Source of the DNA: an uncultured delta proteobacterium
Lineage (GTDB): Bacteria > Desulfobacterota > Binatia > UBA9968
Direction: 5' to 3'
DNA: 64,000 nt
Assembly (NCBI GenBank): GCA_963804165.1
Contig: CAWDPO010000001.1
Coordinates: forward strand, 1-64,000
Shown in pieces: positions 48,017 through 58,724 of this stretch. Under the pieces are notes generated by a model. The model saw only the letters and a list, made by a program, of their open reading frames with translations. It made no database searches and was not told the origin of the DNA. A program made the position numbers and the translations under genes. Positions within the stretch are counted from its first letter, which is position 1, and each line of letters begins with the position of its first letter.

Positions 48017-48700
48017 TCAGCCGATGAAGCCACGCCTGCGGGCGGCTGCCTCAACCAACGCAGCTGGCATTTCTTGTTTGAGAATCGACTCCGCTGTCGC
48101 CAACGTCTCGGCCGATGCAAGCTCCGGACGGCCTACACCGAAGGGTGGCTGCGGCGCGTATTCGATGAGCAGCTCGGCCAATCTTCCCGTTTCTAAACCT
48201 TCCCATTTGCCGATCATCGCAAGCGCGAAATCGACCCCGGAAGTGACGCCGCCACCACTCGCACGATTGCGATCGATCACGACGCGAGCATCGTCCGGGA
48301 TTGCGCCAAATATCGCCACATGAGGTCGGGCGTACCAATAGCATGCGGAACGATAGCCCTTAGTCAGCCCCGCTGCACCCAACAACAATGCGCCGGTGCA
48401 CACGCTGGTCACCCACTTGGCCTGGCTGCCGATTCGTGCGATGGCGTCAAGTAATTCATCGTCCTGCAGCGCGTTACAGACACCCTGTCCGCCACCAGGT
48501 ACGAACAGGACATCGGGAGCGGACCAGCAGTTGTCAACGCTATGGGTTGCGACAACCTCGAGACCCATGTCGACCTTCACCGGCCCCGCCGTGCGTGCGA
48601 CGGTTTGGAACTCCGCGCCGGGCATAAGGCCCCAGACGGTTGTCGGCCCGATTAGATCAAGTGCCGTGAAACCTGGAAACAGAAATGACAGGATCTTCAT
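48017..48700 (-). CDS. DJ-1/PfpI family protein (isonitrile hydratase-like)
   Basis: TALDLIGP, LFVPGG, TSVCTGALLLGAAGL, EYAPQPPF. Confidence 0.88.
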   Translation of the reverse strand: MKILSFLFPGFTALDLIGPTTVWGLMPGAEFQTVARTAGPVKVDMGLEVVATHSVDNCWSAPDVLFVPGGGQGVCNALQDDELLDAIARIGSQAKWVTSVCTGALLLGAAGLTKGYRSACYWYARPHVAIFGAIPDDARVVIDRNRASGGGVTSGVDFALAMIGKWEGLETGRLAELLIEYAPQPPFGVGRPELASAETLATAESILKQEMPAALVEAAARRRGFIG

Positions 48701-48996
48701 GCTTTCACCCCGCCGGCTCCGAAAGCCTGCCCGTGATGCAGCAATATCTTTCGCGTCTGTTCAGGATTGCCTGAAGCCATATTGGAATCCCTTAATGGGT
48801 TTCGTTCACACCGTGAAGGATGCAAGCAAATCCTAGCCGCTCCGCGTTTTCCTAGTCCGTTGACTCGGCCAGCGCGCAACGCTTTACGATTACACGCGGC
48901 GGCGGCAACGGCGTCGCCGCATGCAAGCGCCGCACGAGCGATTTCCAGGCCGAGCTCGCGCGACGCGTCCGTAATGAACCAGACAATGGGTTTCAT
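48697..48996 (-). pseudogene. SDR family oxidoreductase N-terminal remnant
   Basis: VWFITDASRELGLEIARAAL..GD.V is a degenerate TGASRGLG; similarity lost after ~40 aa. Confidence 0.6.
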
Positions 48997-49024
48997 TTAG
49001 ATTTTCCTCGCTGCAATACGCCGA

Positions 49025-50077
49025 TCAAAAACCGTTGACTTCTACGACAGCCTTGGCAAAGGCCTGCGGCGCTTCCTGAGGCAGATTGTGCCCTATGCCA
49101 CCCTTGATAATCCGGTGCGAATACTTGCCGGAGAATTTCTTGGCGTAAGAACTGGCGTCGGGATGCGGCGCACCGTCGGCATCACCTTGAAGCGTAATCG
49201 TCGGCACGGTGATCACCGGAAATCCGGCAAGCCGCTTTTCCAGATCATCGTACTTCGATTCGCCTTCAGCCAGTCCGAGCCGCCAGCGATAATTATGGAT
49301 AACGATGCTGACGTGATCCGGATTGTTGAAAGATGCCGCAGTGCGCTCGAATGTGGAATTATCGAACTTCCACCTTGGCGAAGCGATCTGCCAAATGAGC
49401 TTCGCAAAGTCGTGCCGGTATTTGTCGTAGCCGGCCCGGCCGCGTTCCGTGGCAAAATAATATTGGTACCACCATTCGAGCTCATTCTTCGGCGACAACG
49501 GCATTTTGCCGGCCTCCTGGCTGCCGATGAGATATCCGCTCACCGACACCATCGCCTTGCAGCGCTCTGGCCAAAGCGCAGCGATGATGTTGGCTGTCCG
49601 CGCTCCCCAATCAAAACCGGCAAAAACGGTGGTCTTGATCTGGAGAGCATCCATGAGCGCGATGGTATCGACGGCCAGTGCCGAAGGCTGGCCATTGCGC
49701 AACGTTTCGGCTGACAGAAATCGCGTCGTGCCGTAGCCGCGGACAAAGGGAATGATCACTCGGTAGCCCGCCTTCGCCAGCAACGGCGCGACGTCAACGA
49801 AGCTGTAAATATCGTAGGGCCAGCCGTGCAGCAGAATGACCGGCGGCCCATTGATCGGGCCGGCTTCAGCGTATCCAACATTCAAGAGGCCGGCATCGAT
49901 TTGCTTCAGAGGGCCGAACGACGTGTTCGTGCCCGGTTTAATCTTAGGTAGGTCCGCCGGTTTCGTGCTGCCGGATTGTGCGCCCGCAGAGCTAATGACG
50001 CCGAGTTGGACGGACGCGAGGCTCATGAATGCAGCAGTCAAAAAATGCCGGCGATCACGGTTGATTTCTTTGGACAT
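49025..50077 (-). CDS. Alpha/beta hydrolase (epoxide hydrolase-like) with Tat signal
   Basis: RRHFL Tat motif, LHGWP, GFDWG, GHNLPQEAP. Confidence 0.85.
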   Translation of the reverse strand: MSKEINRDRRHFLTAAFMSLASVQLGVISSAGAQSGSTKPADLPKIKPGTNTSFGPLKQIDAGLLNVGYAEAGPINGPPVILLHGWPYDIYSFVDVAPLLAKAGYRVIIPFVRGYGTTRFLSAETLRNGQPSALAVDTIALMDALQIKTTVFAGFDWGARTANIIAALWPERCKAMVSVSGYLIGSQEAGKMPLSPKNELEWWYQYYFATERGRAGYDKYRHDFAKLIWQIASPRWKFDNSTFERTAASFNNPDHVSIVIHNYRWRLGLAEGESKYDDLEKRLAGFPVITVPTITLQGDADGAPHPDASSYAKKFSGKYSHRIIKGGIGHNLPQEAPQAFAKAVVEVNGF

Positions 50078-50114
50078 TTATCTGCCCTCCGCCTGGAGTC
50101 AAAGCATGATGGAA

Positions 50115-50765
50115 TCAGTACCGCACATGATCCGTTGGGTTTAGAGAAGCGATCGAGTCGACGACTTCATCTGTCGTCACAATGGCGGTGGCGTAGTTCG
50201 GGATATTGACGTCGAGAGCGGCGTGCATCTCCTTACCCGAATAGCTTGCGGTCGCGTCCTTGACCATCGTGACCTCGTAGCCGAGCTCAGCCGCATAACG
50301 AACAGTCGCCTCCACACAGGTGTGTGCTATGAGTCCCATGACAATGAGCTGATGGATGCCGTGTTTCTTGAGCTGCAAATCAAGATCGGTGTTGGCAAAG
50401 CCACTGGAACACCAATGCTCAAGCGCCACGATGTCGCCCGGCTGAGGCGTGAACTCGCTACGGATCTCGCCACCCCACGTTCCGTATTCAAACGTCTTTC
50501 GCGACCAGGCTGCTTTTTGAACTGGCGCAATGTACTTCCAACTCTCGTAGTCGCCAGGGCGATAGCGACGATGCAGCGCGTAGAAAACACGAATGTCCGC
50601 CTTTCGCGCAGCGTCCAAGACCTGCATCATATGAGGGACACACTTGTTCGCCTCAGCTACACCCTTTAAGCGATCCCATACTTTGCCGCCCTCGGAAATA
50701 AAATCGTTATACGGATCGATCACAAGAAGTGCAGCGATCTCCTTGTCAAATGTCACTTGCACCAT
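50115..50765 (-). CDS. Isochorismatase family cysteine hydrolase
   Basis: LLVIDPYNDF, SGFANTDL, HTCVEATVR, DATA. Confidence 0.88.
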   Translation of the reverse strand: MVQVTFDKEIAALLVIDPYNDFISEGGKVWDRLKGVAEANKCVPHMMQVLDAARKADIRVFYALHRRYRPGDYESWKYIAPVQKAAWSRKTFEYGTWGGEIRSEFTPQPGDIVALEHWCSSGFANTDLDLQLKKHGIHQLIVMGLIAHTCVEATVRYAAELGYEVTMVKDATASYSGKEMHAALDVNIPNYATAIVTTDEVVDSIASLNPTDHVRY

Positions 50766-50865
50766 GATCTACCTTCCCGGCGACGACGTTGTCAGCCATC
50801 CATGACGAAACTCTGAAGTAATGCGGCCACAATGACTCGGCGTCACTGAGCGCTCACTTTTCCGA

Positions 50866-51789
50866 TCAACGGTCGGTCAGCTCGCCCAGCAGGCGGCCCA
50901 AGGACATTTCCGCATCTCGAGTCTGGAAGCCGCGCTTGATCGCGGCTTGGATTAGCTTTTGAGCCTCGGGAGTGCGCACACCCTCGCCGAAAAGATCGGA
51001 ATCGCGACGGAAGTCCTCGGTCGGCGCGAGCGCGATCGCATTGACTCGCTCCTTTACCGCGACTTGGCCGGCGGCCGGGAACCCGGCGATCCGATGAGCG
51101 AGCGATCTCACGAAACCGTCGAGATCTTTGGCAGGCAGCGCTCGATTGATCCAACCATAGCGTTCAGCCAACTCCGCGTCGTAATCGTCGGCGCTCAACA
51201 TGACCTCGAGCGCCCGGCCTCGGCCCATCAGGCGCGTAAGATGTTGGACGGCGCCGCCGCCGGGAATCACACCTAACCCAGGCTCGGGCTGACCGAAAAT
51301 CGCCGACTCGCGAGCGGCGAAGCGCATGTCGCAGGCCAACACGAACTCGCTGCCAGCGCCGCGTACGCGCCCCTCGATTTGTGCGATCGTGACGAGGCGG
51401 CTTGCGCTTAGATGGCGAAACAGGAGGGCGATCGATGGTTCACCGGCCAGCCTTGCCGCCTCCTCCCGGTACTCTTTGATCCGGGTCACATCGACGTGTG
51501 AAATGAAGTAGTCAGGGTCGGCGCTCTTGAATACGAGCACCTTGAAAGCGTCGTCGGACTCGGCCTGCCTGATTAGGGAGACCAGATCGCGCACCAGTTC
51601 GGGCCCGAGGAGATTCATGGGCGGGGCCGCGATTTCCGCGAACAGAACAGCCCCATCCTTACGCACCCTCAGCGTCTCGAAAGCCATGGCGCCATCGTCG
51701 GTCGCCGCGTTAGGGGAGGAAATGCCGCAAAGCCCGAAGGCGATTGCTGCCACCATGGCCGCGACAAGTCTGCATAGTGGTTTCTTCAT
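50866..51789 (-). CDS. Enoyl-CoA hydratase/isomerase family protein
   Basis: PPMNLL, IEGRVRGAGSEFVLACD, GQPE.GLG.IPG; AAGGA RBS before MKKPLC. Confidence 0.85.
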   Translation of the reverse strand: MKKPLCRLVAAMVAAIAFGLCGISSPNAATDDGAMAFETLRVRKDGAVLFAEIAAPPMNLLGPELVRDLVSLIRQAESDDAFKVLVFKSADPDYFISHVDVTRIKEYREEAARLAGEPSIALLFRHLSASRLVTIAQIEGRVRGAGSEFVLACDMRFAARESAIFGQPEPGLGVIPGGGAVQHLTRLMGRGRALEVMLSADDYDAELAERYGWINRALPAKDLDGFVRSLAHRIAGFPAAGQVAVKERVNAIALAPTEDFRRDSDLFGEGVRTPEAQKLIQAAIKRGFQTRDAEMSLGRLLGELTDR

Positions 51790-51815
51790 CGTCGTTGTTC
51801 TTCCTTTTTGCGCGC

Positions 51816-52217
51816 TCACTTGACCACCGTGACAAGCGGCTTGCCTTTTTCGACGATATACGTGGCGAGCTCCGCTGCGCGGCCGCTGCCGACGTTCTTC
51901 GCCGAGTGGATTGTTCCGGCCGGGATGAACAGGACCTCGCCGGCTTTGAGGGTCACTGGCGGCTTGCCCTCCACCGTGTATTCCCAAGTGCCTTCGAGGA
52001 CATAGATGATCTCTTCGCCCGGATGCGTGTGCCTCGGGGCAGTCGTTCCCGGCGCGAGCTCGACGCGCACCTGGATAACCTCACGTCCCGGGACGCTCAG
52101 ATCATGCCGCTGGAGATCGATGCGCCGGGCTCCCACTTGCTGCGAGTGACCCACGTGGAGCGTCAAGCCGGTTGTGACGACCAGCGCCGCTACCATCATG
52201 ATTCGGGTCGTTTTCAA
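51816..52217 (-). CDS. Cupin domain protein, secreted
   Basis: Signal peptide, HTHPGEE, IPAGTIH. Confidence 0.85.
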   Translation of the reverse strand: MKTTRIMMVAALVVTTGLTLHVGHSQQVGARRIDLQRHDLSVPGREVIQVRVELAPGTTAPRHTHPGEEIIYVLEGTWEYTVEGKPPVTLKAGEVLFIPAGTIHSAKNVGSGRAAELATYIVEKGKPLVTVVK

Positions 52218-52302
52218 TTGGACATCCTTTGTCCTTCAAATGGGCCGCTCATGGTTGTTGTTTACCTCGCAAACGTCTGGTCCCTAGAAACACCCCCGCG
52301 AA

Positions 52303-53310
52303 TCAGAAATCCGCATCCAGTACGATGCGGTAACGGGCCTTGCCCGATTCGAGTCGGGCGAAGGCCTCATTGATCTGACTCATCGGGAAGTGCTCGGTCT
52401 GCGGCGCGACATTGTGCCGTGAAGCAAAGTCGAGCATTGTCTCGATCGCCACTGGCGAGCCAGTCGGCGAACCCGAGACACTACGCTGCTGCAAGATGAG
52501 CGAGAATGCCCCCACCGGGATCGGTTCCAGCACAGCACCAACCATATGTAACCGGCCGTTCGGAGCGAGCGTGCCGATCATCGCATCCCAGTCGAGCTTC
52601 ACGTTGACGGTGCTGATCAGGAGGTCAAAGCTGCCACCGAGTTTCTTGATCGCCGCCGAGTCCTTGCTCGAGACGACCTGGTTTGCCCCGAAACCCTTCG
52701 CTTCATCGAACTTGCTCTCGCTCGAGGTGAACGCTGTCACGTCGCAGCCGTACGCGGCGGCGAACTTCAGCGCCATATGCCCCAATCCGCCGATGCCGAT
52801 GATGCCTACCCGATCGGTCGGCTTGGCGTACATGGTCAGTGGCGCGAAGACGGTGATGCCCCCGCACAGGAGCGGGCCGGCTTCGGCCCTGTTTAGTTTC
52901 TCCGGCAGCGGGATAGCCCAAGCCCAGTGGGATCGGATGTGGGTCGCAAACCCGCCGCGATGATCAACAATGGTCGGTTGCACTTGCGGGCAAAGGTGAT
53001 GGCTTCCCGACATGCACTGGTGACAATGCATGCAGCTAGCCGAGTACCATCCGACGCCGACGCGCTGTCCGACCTTGAGTCCTTTGGCATTCGGACCTAC
53101 GGCCGTGATCCGACCGATGACCTCGTGGCCAAGAACCGCGGGGTACTGCGAAATACCCCATTCATTTTGCCAGACGGAGAGATCGGAGTGACACAAACCG
53201 CAGTGTTCGACAGCGACTTCAACGTCCTCGGCCCCGAGCGGTCCAAGATCAACGGTTTCGAGCGCCATCGGCTGTTTCGCCGCCTTCGCAACCCATGCTT
53301 TATAATTCAT
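52303..53310 (-). CDS. NADPH-dependent Zn aldehyde reductase/alcohol dehydrogenase (Ahr/YjgB-like)
   Basis: CHSD, GHEV, CMHCHQC..C, GIGGLG, ARYRIVL. Confidence 0.9.
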   Translation of the reverse strand: MNYKAWVAKAAKQPMALETVDLGPLGAEDVEVAVEHCGLCHSDLSVWQNEWGISQYPAVLGHEVIGRITAVGPNAKGLKVGQRVGVGWYSASCMHCHQCMSGSHHLCPQVQPTIVDHRGGFATHIRSHWAWAIPLPEKLNRAEAGPLLCGGITVFAPLTMYAKPTDRVGIIGIGGLGHMALKFAAAYGCDVTAFTSSESKFDEAKGFGANQVVSSKDSAAIKKLGGSFDLLISTVNVKLDWDAMIGTLAPNGRLHMVGAVLEPIPVGAFSLILQQRSVSGSPTGSPVAIETMLDFASRHNVAPQTEHFPMSQINEAFARLESGKARYRIVLDADF

Positions 53311-53389
53311 CGCGTCTCCTATTCTAAAACTTGGGCCGGATTGAAGACGGAGTGAACCCCACCTTCGAACCCCGCCGCGAATACAACCG

Positions 53390-54226
53390 TCACGGAGCCT
53401 TAAAGAACGCGAGTAGATCCGCGTTGACCTCGTCCTTTTGCGTCGTGCACATGCCGTGCGCGCCGCCCTTGTAGATTTTCAACTGCGCATTTTTGACTAG
53501 CTTGGACGAGAGCATGGCCGATGCGCCGATCGGCACGATCTGATCGTCGTCGCCGTGCAGGATGAGCGTCGGCACATCGAATTTCTTCAGATCTTCCGTC
53601 AGGTCGGTTTCGGAAAAAGCCTTGATGCAAAAGTAGGACGCGGGGAAGCCGGCCATCATTCCCTGAAGCCAGAACGATTCGCGCACGCCTTCCGAGACCT
53701 TTGCGCCCGCCCTGTTGTAGCCGTAGAACGGCAGGCTGAGATCCTTCCAGAACTGTGAGCGGTCGGCGAGGACGCCGGCGCGAATCTGATCGAACGTTTC
53801 CATCGGCAAGCCGCCGGGATTGGCAGCCGTCTTCAGCATCAGCGGCGGGACGGCGCCGATCAGCACGGCCTTGACCACACGCTTGGTGCCGTGGCGGCCT
53901 ATATAACGGGTGACTTCGCCGCCGCCGGTGGAATGGCCGACATGGATCGCGTTTTTTAAGTCGAGTGCTTCGACCAACTTCGCCAGATCATCGGCGTAGG
54001 TGTCCATGTCGTTGCCGCTCCACGGCTGGCTCGATCTCCCATGGCCGCGCCGATCATGGGCAATGCAACGGTAGCCGCGGGAGGCCAGGAAAAACATCTG
54101 GTCCTCGAAGGCGTCCGCGCTGAGTGGCCAACCATGACTAAAAATCACCGGCTGTCCGCTGCCCCAGTCCTTGAAATAAATTTCGATGTCTTTGGAATTT
54201 TCTTTACCTACTGTGACATAGGGCAT
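53390..54226 (-). CDS. Non-heme haloperoxidase/arylesterase
   Basis: [28 protein letters not shown]. Confidence 0.9.
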   Translation of the reverse strand: MPYVTVGKENSKDIEIYFKDWGSGQPVIFSHGWPLSADAFEDQMFFLASRGYRCIAHDRRGHGRSSQPWSGNDMDTYADDLAKLVEALDLKNAIHVGHSTGGGEVTRYIGRHGTKRVVKAVLIGAVPPLMLKTAANPGGLPMETFDQIRAGVLADRSQFWKDLSLPFYGYNRAGAKVSEGVRESFWLQGMMAGFPASYFCIKAFSETDLTEDLKKFDVPTLILHGDDDQIVPIGASAMLSSKLVKNAQLKIYKGGAHGMCTTQKDEVNADLLAFFKAP

Positions 54227-54377
54227 GGCTGCTCTCCTTCTGCAGAGTTGAAATCAATTCGTGTTTCCGTTCTTGCCAGGTGCCATCAACCAATAACGAG
54301 TGCGTCACACCCTGCTCCAGTAAGCGGGCGAGGAAAAAATCCCTCACCCATTCGATGGGAGCGAGCCGGGATATTCA

Positions 54378-54998
54378 TCAATTCCCGCCACCGCTGCCGC
54401 TATCTGAGCCTCCGCGTCCTCGCGCCTGATCGCGGCGCGCTTTGTCGATCTCCTCGTCGAACTGACGCCCGACGTATTCGCCCGCCATGATAAGCTGCGC
54501 GTCATCCAGTTTGACGGCCAATGTTTTTCGAACGTCGTTGCGAATTTGCATGCCGGGATCCCAAAAGACCCCGTACACGCGGTCCTCGGAGAAATATTCG
54601 AGTGTGTCATCGATCAACTTGAGCCCCGCTTCGATTTCTTTGCGACCGCGCTCGCGATCACCGGTTTTCAACATCGCGATCCCAAGATAAAGATGCGCGA
54701 ATGCATCGTCCTTATCGACATTGACCGCCCTTTCCAAAGTTTGCCGCGCTTCTTTGTCTCTGCCGGTTTCTAGGTACGCCCGTCCCAGCAACGCCAGAAC
54801 GCGGGCAGGAACCCGGTAGGGGAGCCTGTAGTTTGGATCGAGCTCGGCTGCTCGGGCCAGATAACCTACGGCATCGTTGGGGCGTCCGGTTTGTAGCGCA
54901 TTGCGGCCCGCTTGAACGTCGCCCCCGACGCTGGAGCAACCCGAGATGTACAACAGCCCTGAAAGGGCGATAGAGCCGAGGATGTATTTTAAGATCAT
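54378..54998 (-). CDS. TPR-repeat lipoprotein
   Basis: Lipobox ISGC; TPR-like helices (LLGRAYL, AHLYLGIA). Confidence 0.7.
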   Translation of the reverse strand: MILKYILGSIALSGLLYISGCSSVGGDVQAGRNALQTGRPNDAVGYLARAAELDPNYRLPYRVPARVLALLGRAYLETGRDKEARQTLERAVNVDKDDAFAHLYLGIAMLKTGDRERGRKEIEAGLKLIDDTLEYFSEDRVYGVFWDPGMQIRNDVRKTLAVKLDDAQLIMAGEYVGRQFDEEIDKARRDQARGRGGSDSGSGGGN

Positions 54999-55117
54999 AA
55001 AATTATCTCCGCTGTTCCCGTGTTGTCCTCGCCTTGAAACGTTCAAGGACCACACGTGGTTTCTCATGGATCTCGAACATTGAACCTTGAAGTTTGAACT
55101 GACCGCTAAAATACCCA

Positions 55118-55288
55118 TCATTTATCGAAAGTCGTTAGCTCCGCGCCGTCGTCAGCGACGAAAACAGCCAGCAAACTCGCCGGCTCTTTAGCGCTGACGT
55201 TTTCGCTGACCAGATGCTGGCTGCCGGGCGGCTCGAAGAAGCTTTGCCCCGTCGAATTGTCGGCAAAAGAACAGTCTCTGCGACACAT
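55118..55288 (-). pseudogene. Cupin C-terminal remnant
   Basis: GQSFFEPPGSQHLVSEN.SAKEPASLLAVFVADDG; N-terminal half missing. Confidence 0.65.
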
Positions 55289-55343
55289 CGGAATAAATCA
55301 CAGAGAGCTTAAGATAAACAAGCGTTGGGCCGGCCTGCATGCG

Positions 55344-56015
55344 TCAATCCTTTGAGGGCTCCGTTAGCTTCGCAAGTCGATGCCGGAAATAGCTCTTCCA
55401 GCTTTCGGGAAGCGTTGCCACCTCAAGGGCGCGGCGAAGCAATCCGATGTTGTGCTTCTCGTGAGTATAGAGCGCGGTGATATCGCTGAGTCTGAGACTG
55501 TCTTTGCTTCTTTCAATGAGTTCGATCGGATCACCGACTCCGACTTCGCCCTCTTGCAGCACCGCAAAATAGCAGCCCGTGCGCTCGCTCGCCAAGAATC
55601 TTTTGACGACGTCAGGGCGGCCGAATCTGATGCCGAGCTTGTAACAAGGCATGCGCGGCTCGGTCACCATCACGATGGCAGAGCCGACGCCAAATTTGTC
55701 ACCGACGTTTAGCTCCGATTCAAAAAGTCCCGCAGTCGTGAAGTTCTCGCCGAACATGCCCCAGGGTAATTTCATCTCAGGCAATTCGTGCTTCCAGTAT
55801 TCGTAGTGTTCAGAGGGGTAAGCATAGACTGCCTTGCTGGGCCCACCATGCACGGAAAGGTCAGCCTGCCGGTCACCGTCGAGGTTGAGCGTTCTCAGCG
55901 TGACACGGCCCGCCACCGGCACTTTGAAAATCCCGGTCGATACTGGGTCGCCACTGCTCATGATTACCCGCGGGAGACCGACATTGACGGAGATGAGCTT
56001 CGCGCCAGATTGCAT
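55344..56015 (-). CDS. MOSC domain protein (YiiM-like)
   Basis: GDRQADLSVHGG..KAVY.Y, FGENF, EPRMPCYKL. Confidence 0.9.
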   Translation of the reverse strand: MQSGAKLISVNVGLPRVIMSSGDPVSTGIFKVPVAGRVTLRTLNLDGDRQADLSVHGGPSKAVYAYPSEHYEYWKHELPEMKLPWGMFGENFTTAGLFESELNVGDKFGVGSAIVMVTEPRMPCYKLGIRFGRPDVVKRFLASERTGCYFAVLQEGEVGVGDPIELIERSKDSLRLSDITALYTHEKHNIGLLRRALEVATLPESWKSYFRHRLAKLTEPSKD

Positions 56016-56115
56016 ACGGATATCCTGTGCCGGTAACAACGCCTCGGCGTGGCCGCGGAGGCTGATCGGCGGCGACACGCGCCGGCAAGATCGCGGCGCT
56101 TTATCTAACAGGTTA

Positions 56116-56301
56116 TCAATCTCGGTATTTGGGTCGCAACTGCTTGTGATCGCGCACACGCTGGCGAGTTAAGACGTCATTAAGCACCCATGACACCACC
56201 ATGTAGGCGCCGGCTGGATCACGGATGATCGGCATAAGCTCGTCTGCCACCGCGACGATGAGATCACCCAGGGTAGTCTTGATAACTTTTCGCTGCCGCA
56301 T
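56116..56301 (-). CDS. Small hypothetical protein (61 aa)
   Basis: Strong RBS (GGAGGGAG) and upstream sigma54-type motif. Confidence 0.6.
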   Translation of the reverse strand: MRQRKVIKTTLGDLIVAVADELMPIIRDPAGAYMVVSWVLNDVLTRQRVRDHKQLRPKYRD

Positions 56302-56397
56302 GTTTTACTCCCTCCACGTACATCCGAATAGAAATCCCTTCGTTTACTGCTAATACTGATCTCAGCTTTTTTTTTAGTTTGGTTGCATCAGCATGGC

Positions 56398-56413
56398 AGC
56401 AAGCTGCGTACCA
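56398..56413 (-). promoter_or_regulatory. Sigma54 -24/-12 promoter
   Basis: TGGTACGCAGCTTGCT against consensus TGGCACG-N4-TTGCW. Confidence 0.6.
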
Positions 56414-56785
56414 GACTCGAGCCAAGCCTGGAAAATATCCGTGTCTTACGAAATCGGGATTTTAGGATTTGCGAGGGAGAGATTGTTACGAAGATACGTG
56501 ACTATTTATCGGCAGGTGTCGAAATATCGGCGTTGCCGCGGTGAGAAAATCACAATCTCAACATCCGAGTGTGAAGAAGTTGAGTGCTTCATCGTGAGCC
56601 GAGCGGCGTTGACGGAGGATGTGTTGATGATTCATTTCGGGGGTTGTTTTAGGGTCGTCGTTTTGGGGTCGTGCTCTCTAATCCATAATCCGTTCATTTC
56701 TTGAAACCCTATTGATTCGACAGATACGCTAGATTAGAAAGCCCGACCCTGCGGCCTTCCCCTGGTCTCAGGCGGATGCGGCTCT

Positions 56786-57208
56786 CTAGGCGTGCGAGTG
56801 ATTGATTGCCCAGAGCGTAAGGACCGCCCCGATGATCGCCGGCAGGGTGACAGCAGGAAAATCGCGGGGAATTACCGATGGAGAGCAGATGCCGACGGCA
56901 ACTTCCCACAGGTGGAAAACGGCATGCGCGGTGAGCCACAAGGTCGCGGCGGCCCACAGCCCAACGCGGCGCTCCGGTCGGATCATACCGATGCCGAAAG
57001 CTACGCCGAGGAACAGCTGAATAATCCCAATATCGCGAATGAAGTGCTGATTAAAGAAGCCGGTGTCGATCACACCTGGAACGAACTTATACCACGCCAG
57101 TGGAGCGACGAGCATAAAAAGTCCGTTTACCGATAGAAATATTCCGTTGAACGCCACCATTATGAATACCACTATCAAAATGGCACGACTACCTTCTGTC
57201 ATCTTCAT
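56786..57208 (-). CDS. Hypothetical membrane protein
   Basis: Four hydrophobic segments; TG.FNQHFIRDIG motif. Confidence 0.65.
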   Translation of the reverse strand: MKMTEGSRAILIVVFIMVAFNGIFLSVNGLFMLVAPLAWYKFVPGVIDTGFFNQHFIRDIGIIQLFLGVAFGIGMIRPERRVGLWAAATLWLTAHAVFHLWEVAVGICSPSVIPRDFPAVTLPAIIGAVLTLWAINHSHA

Positions 57209-57387
57209 GATTTATAGCCTTCCCCTATAGAATGAGTTGCGGTTCGACCGCGCTTGGAACACTCTCCCTCGCGAACCGCGTCGCGGATATGAAGGCGTAC
57301 TCCTCGGTAAAGCGTAGGCAGGGTGACGGGCAGCTCATCGCCGGTCCGGCGCTACTTGATCTGGGCGTCGACCCTGCCCTGGCTAAC

Positions 57388-58143
57388 TTACTTTTGAGGT
57401 ACGGAGCGGCTAAGCCAGTTCTCGAAACGCGTCGGGCCGATGCGCGGGTTGTCGCCTGGGGTGAGGCTTTGATCGTTCAACTCTATGCCGAAGTAGAGTG
57501 CGTGGACGTCTGTGGTTACCTTCCGTGCGTCTCGGCGCGCGCTTAAGAATCGTCGGACGAGTTCGTCGAGACGTATCGGTTCGGGACCGGCCAGCTCGAC
57601 CGTGCCGTTCAACGGTGCATCGACTACGACTTGGACCAGTGCGGCAGCGACATCATCCGACACGATGGGTTGCACAAGCGCAGGTGACAACCGAACCGTT
57701 TGCCCGTCGGTGGCCGATTGGGCAATGCCGCCCACGAACTCGAAGAACTGCGTTGCGCGGACGATCGTATATGGAACGGGTGAGGCCTTGATCAGGTTTT
57801 CTTGGGCCATCTTCGCGCGGAAGTAACCACTCGCAAGTAGGCGTTCGGTACCGACAACCGACAGTGCAACGTGATGCCGCACGCCAGCGGCCGCTTCTGC
57901 GGCAAGGAGATTGCGACCCGATGTCTCGAAGAACTCCAAAACTGCCTTGTCCTCCCACGAAGGCGAGTTCGCTACGTCGACGACAACCTGAGCGCCCGCA
58001 AGCGCTTCAGCCAGTCCCTCGCCAGTGATGGTGTTGACGCCCGAGGAGGGTGATGCCGCTACGGCCTCATGGCCCTGCTGACGAAGGTTGTTCACGAGCT
58101 TTGTTCCGATGAGCCCGCTGCCGCCAATAACCACAATCTTCAT
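57388..58143 (-). CDS. NmrA-like / atypical SDR NAD(P)-binding protein
   Basis: MKIVVIGGSGLIG, YFRAK..QE, RATQFFEF; GGAGG RBS. Confidence 0.88.
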   Translation of the reverse strand: MKIVVIGGSGLIGTKLVNNLRQQGHEAVAASPSSGVNTITGEGLAEALAGAQVVVDVANSPSWEDKAVLEFFETSGRNLLAAEAAAGVRHHVALSVVGTERLLASGYFRAKMAQENLIKASPVPYTIVRATQFFEFVGGIAQSATDGQTVRLSPALVQPIVSDDVAAALVQVVVDAPLNGTVELAGPEPIRLDELVRRFLSARRDARKVTTDVHALYFGIELNDQSLTPGDNPRIGPTRFENWLSRSVPQK

Positions 58144-58240
58144 GCCGAACCTCCTAGTTCGTAGCGGATCGATCTTATAAGTCGCTTTCAGATAATTCTC
58201 CTTTTTCTCCCGGGAAGCAACTGTATAACTCCTACCTTTT

Positions 58241-58256
58241 TGCAGTCCGCTTGCCA
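58241..58256 (-). promoter_or_regulatory. Possible sigma54 promoter
   Basis: TGGCAAGCGGACTGCA (GG-N10-GC). Confidence 0.4.
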
Positions 58257-58493
58257 CAGTTGGGATATTGGTGGGACTAACTCACCTTCAACGCCGATGC
58301 ACCATTGCACACGAGATTCTGCGGAGACCCAAAGACCAAACGAAAAAGGCAAACGGGGTCAAGTCTGGAGCTGATTAGATCTGAGGAACCTCGACAGGCG
58401 ACAAGATCAACAATGGAACCACGAGCCGTACAAAGAATCGTTGATCGCTTCCGTGAAACGTTGAGTCCCTTTGGCAGTGCACAGAGTCGACGG

Positions 58494-58724
58494 TCAAGGC
58501 TGAATAGGCCGTTGCTTCAGGTCCGTCATTACCGACTTACGTTTTATCTTTTCGGCTCTTTTCGCCGATTCCATTTTCACTGCGGGAAGCCCCAACTGCT
58601 TCGCCAGCCGCGCACATGAAGAGCATACAAGCATATTAAGCAGAACAACGCCTGCGTCCTCGCTGGTGACGCGATAGAGTTTCTGTTTTGTAATCCGGTC
58701 GCAGCGCCGACAAATGAAGCCCAT
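58494..58724 (-). CDS. Small protein with CxxC...CxxC (putative zinc ribbon)
   Basis: AGGAG RBS; CRRC and CSSC. Confidence 0.55.
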   Translation of the reverse strand: MGFICRRCDRITKQKLYRVTSEDAGVVLLNMLVCSSCARLAKQLGLPAVKMESAKRAEKIKRKSVMTDLKQRPIQP

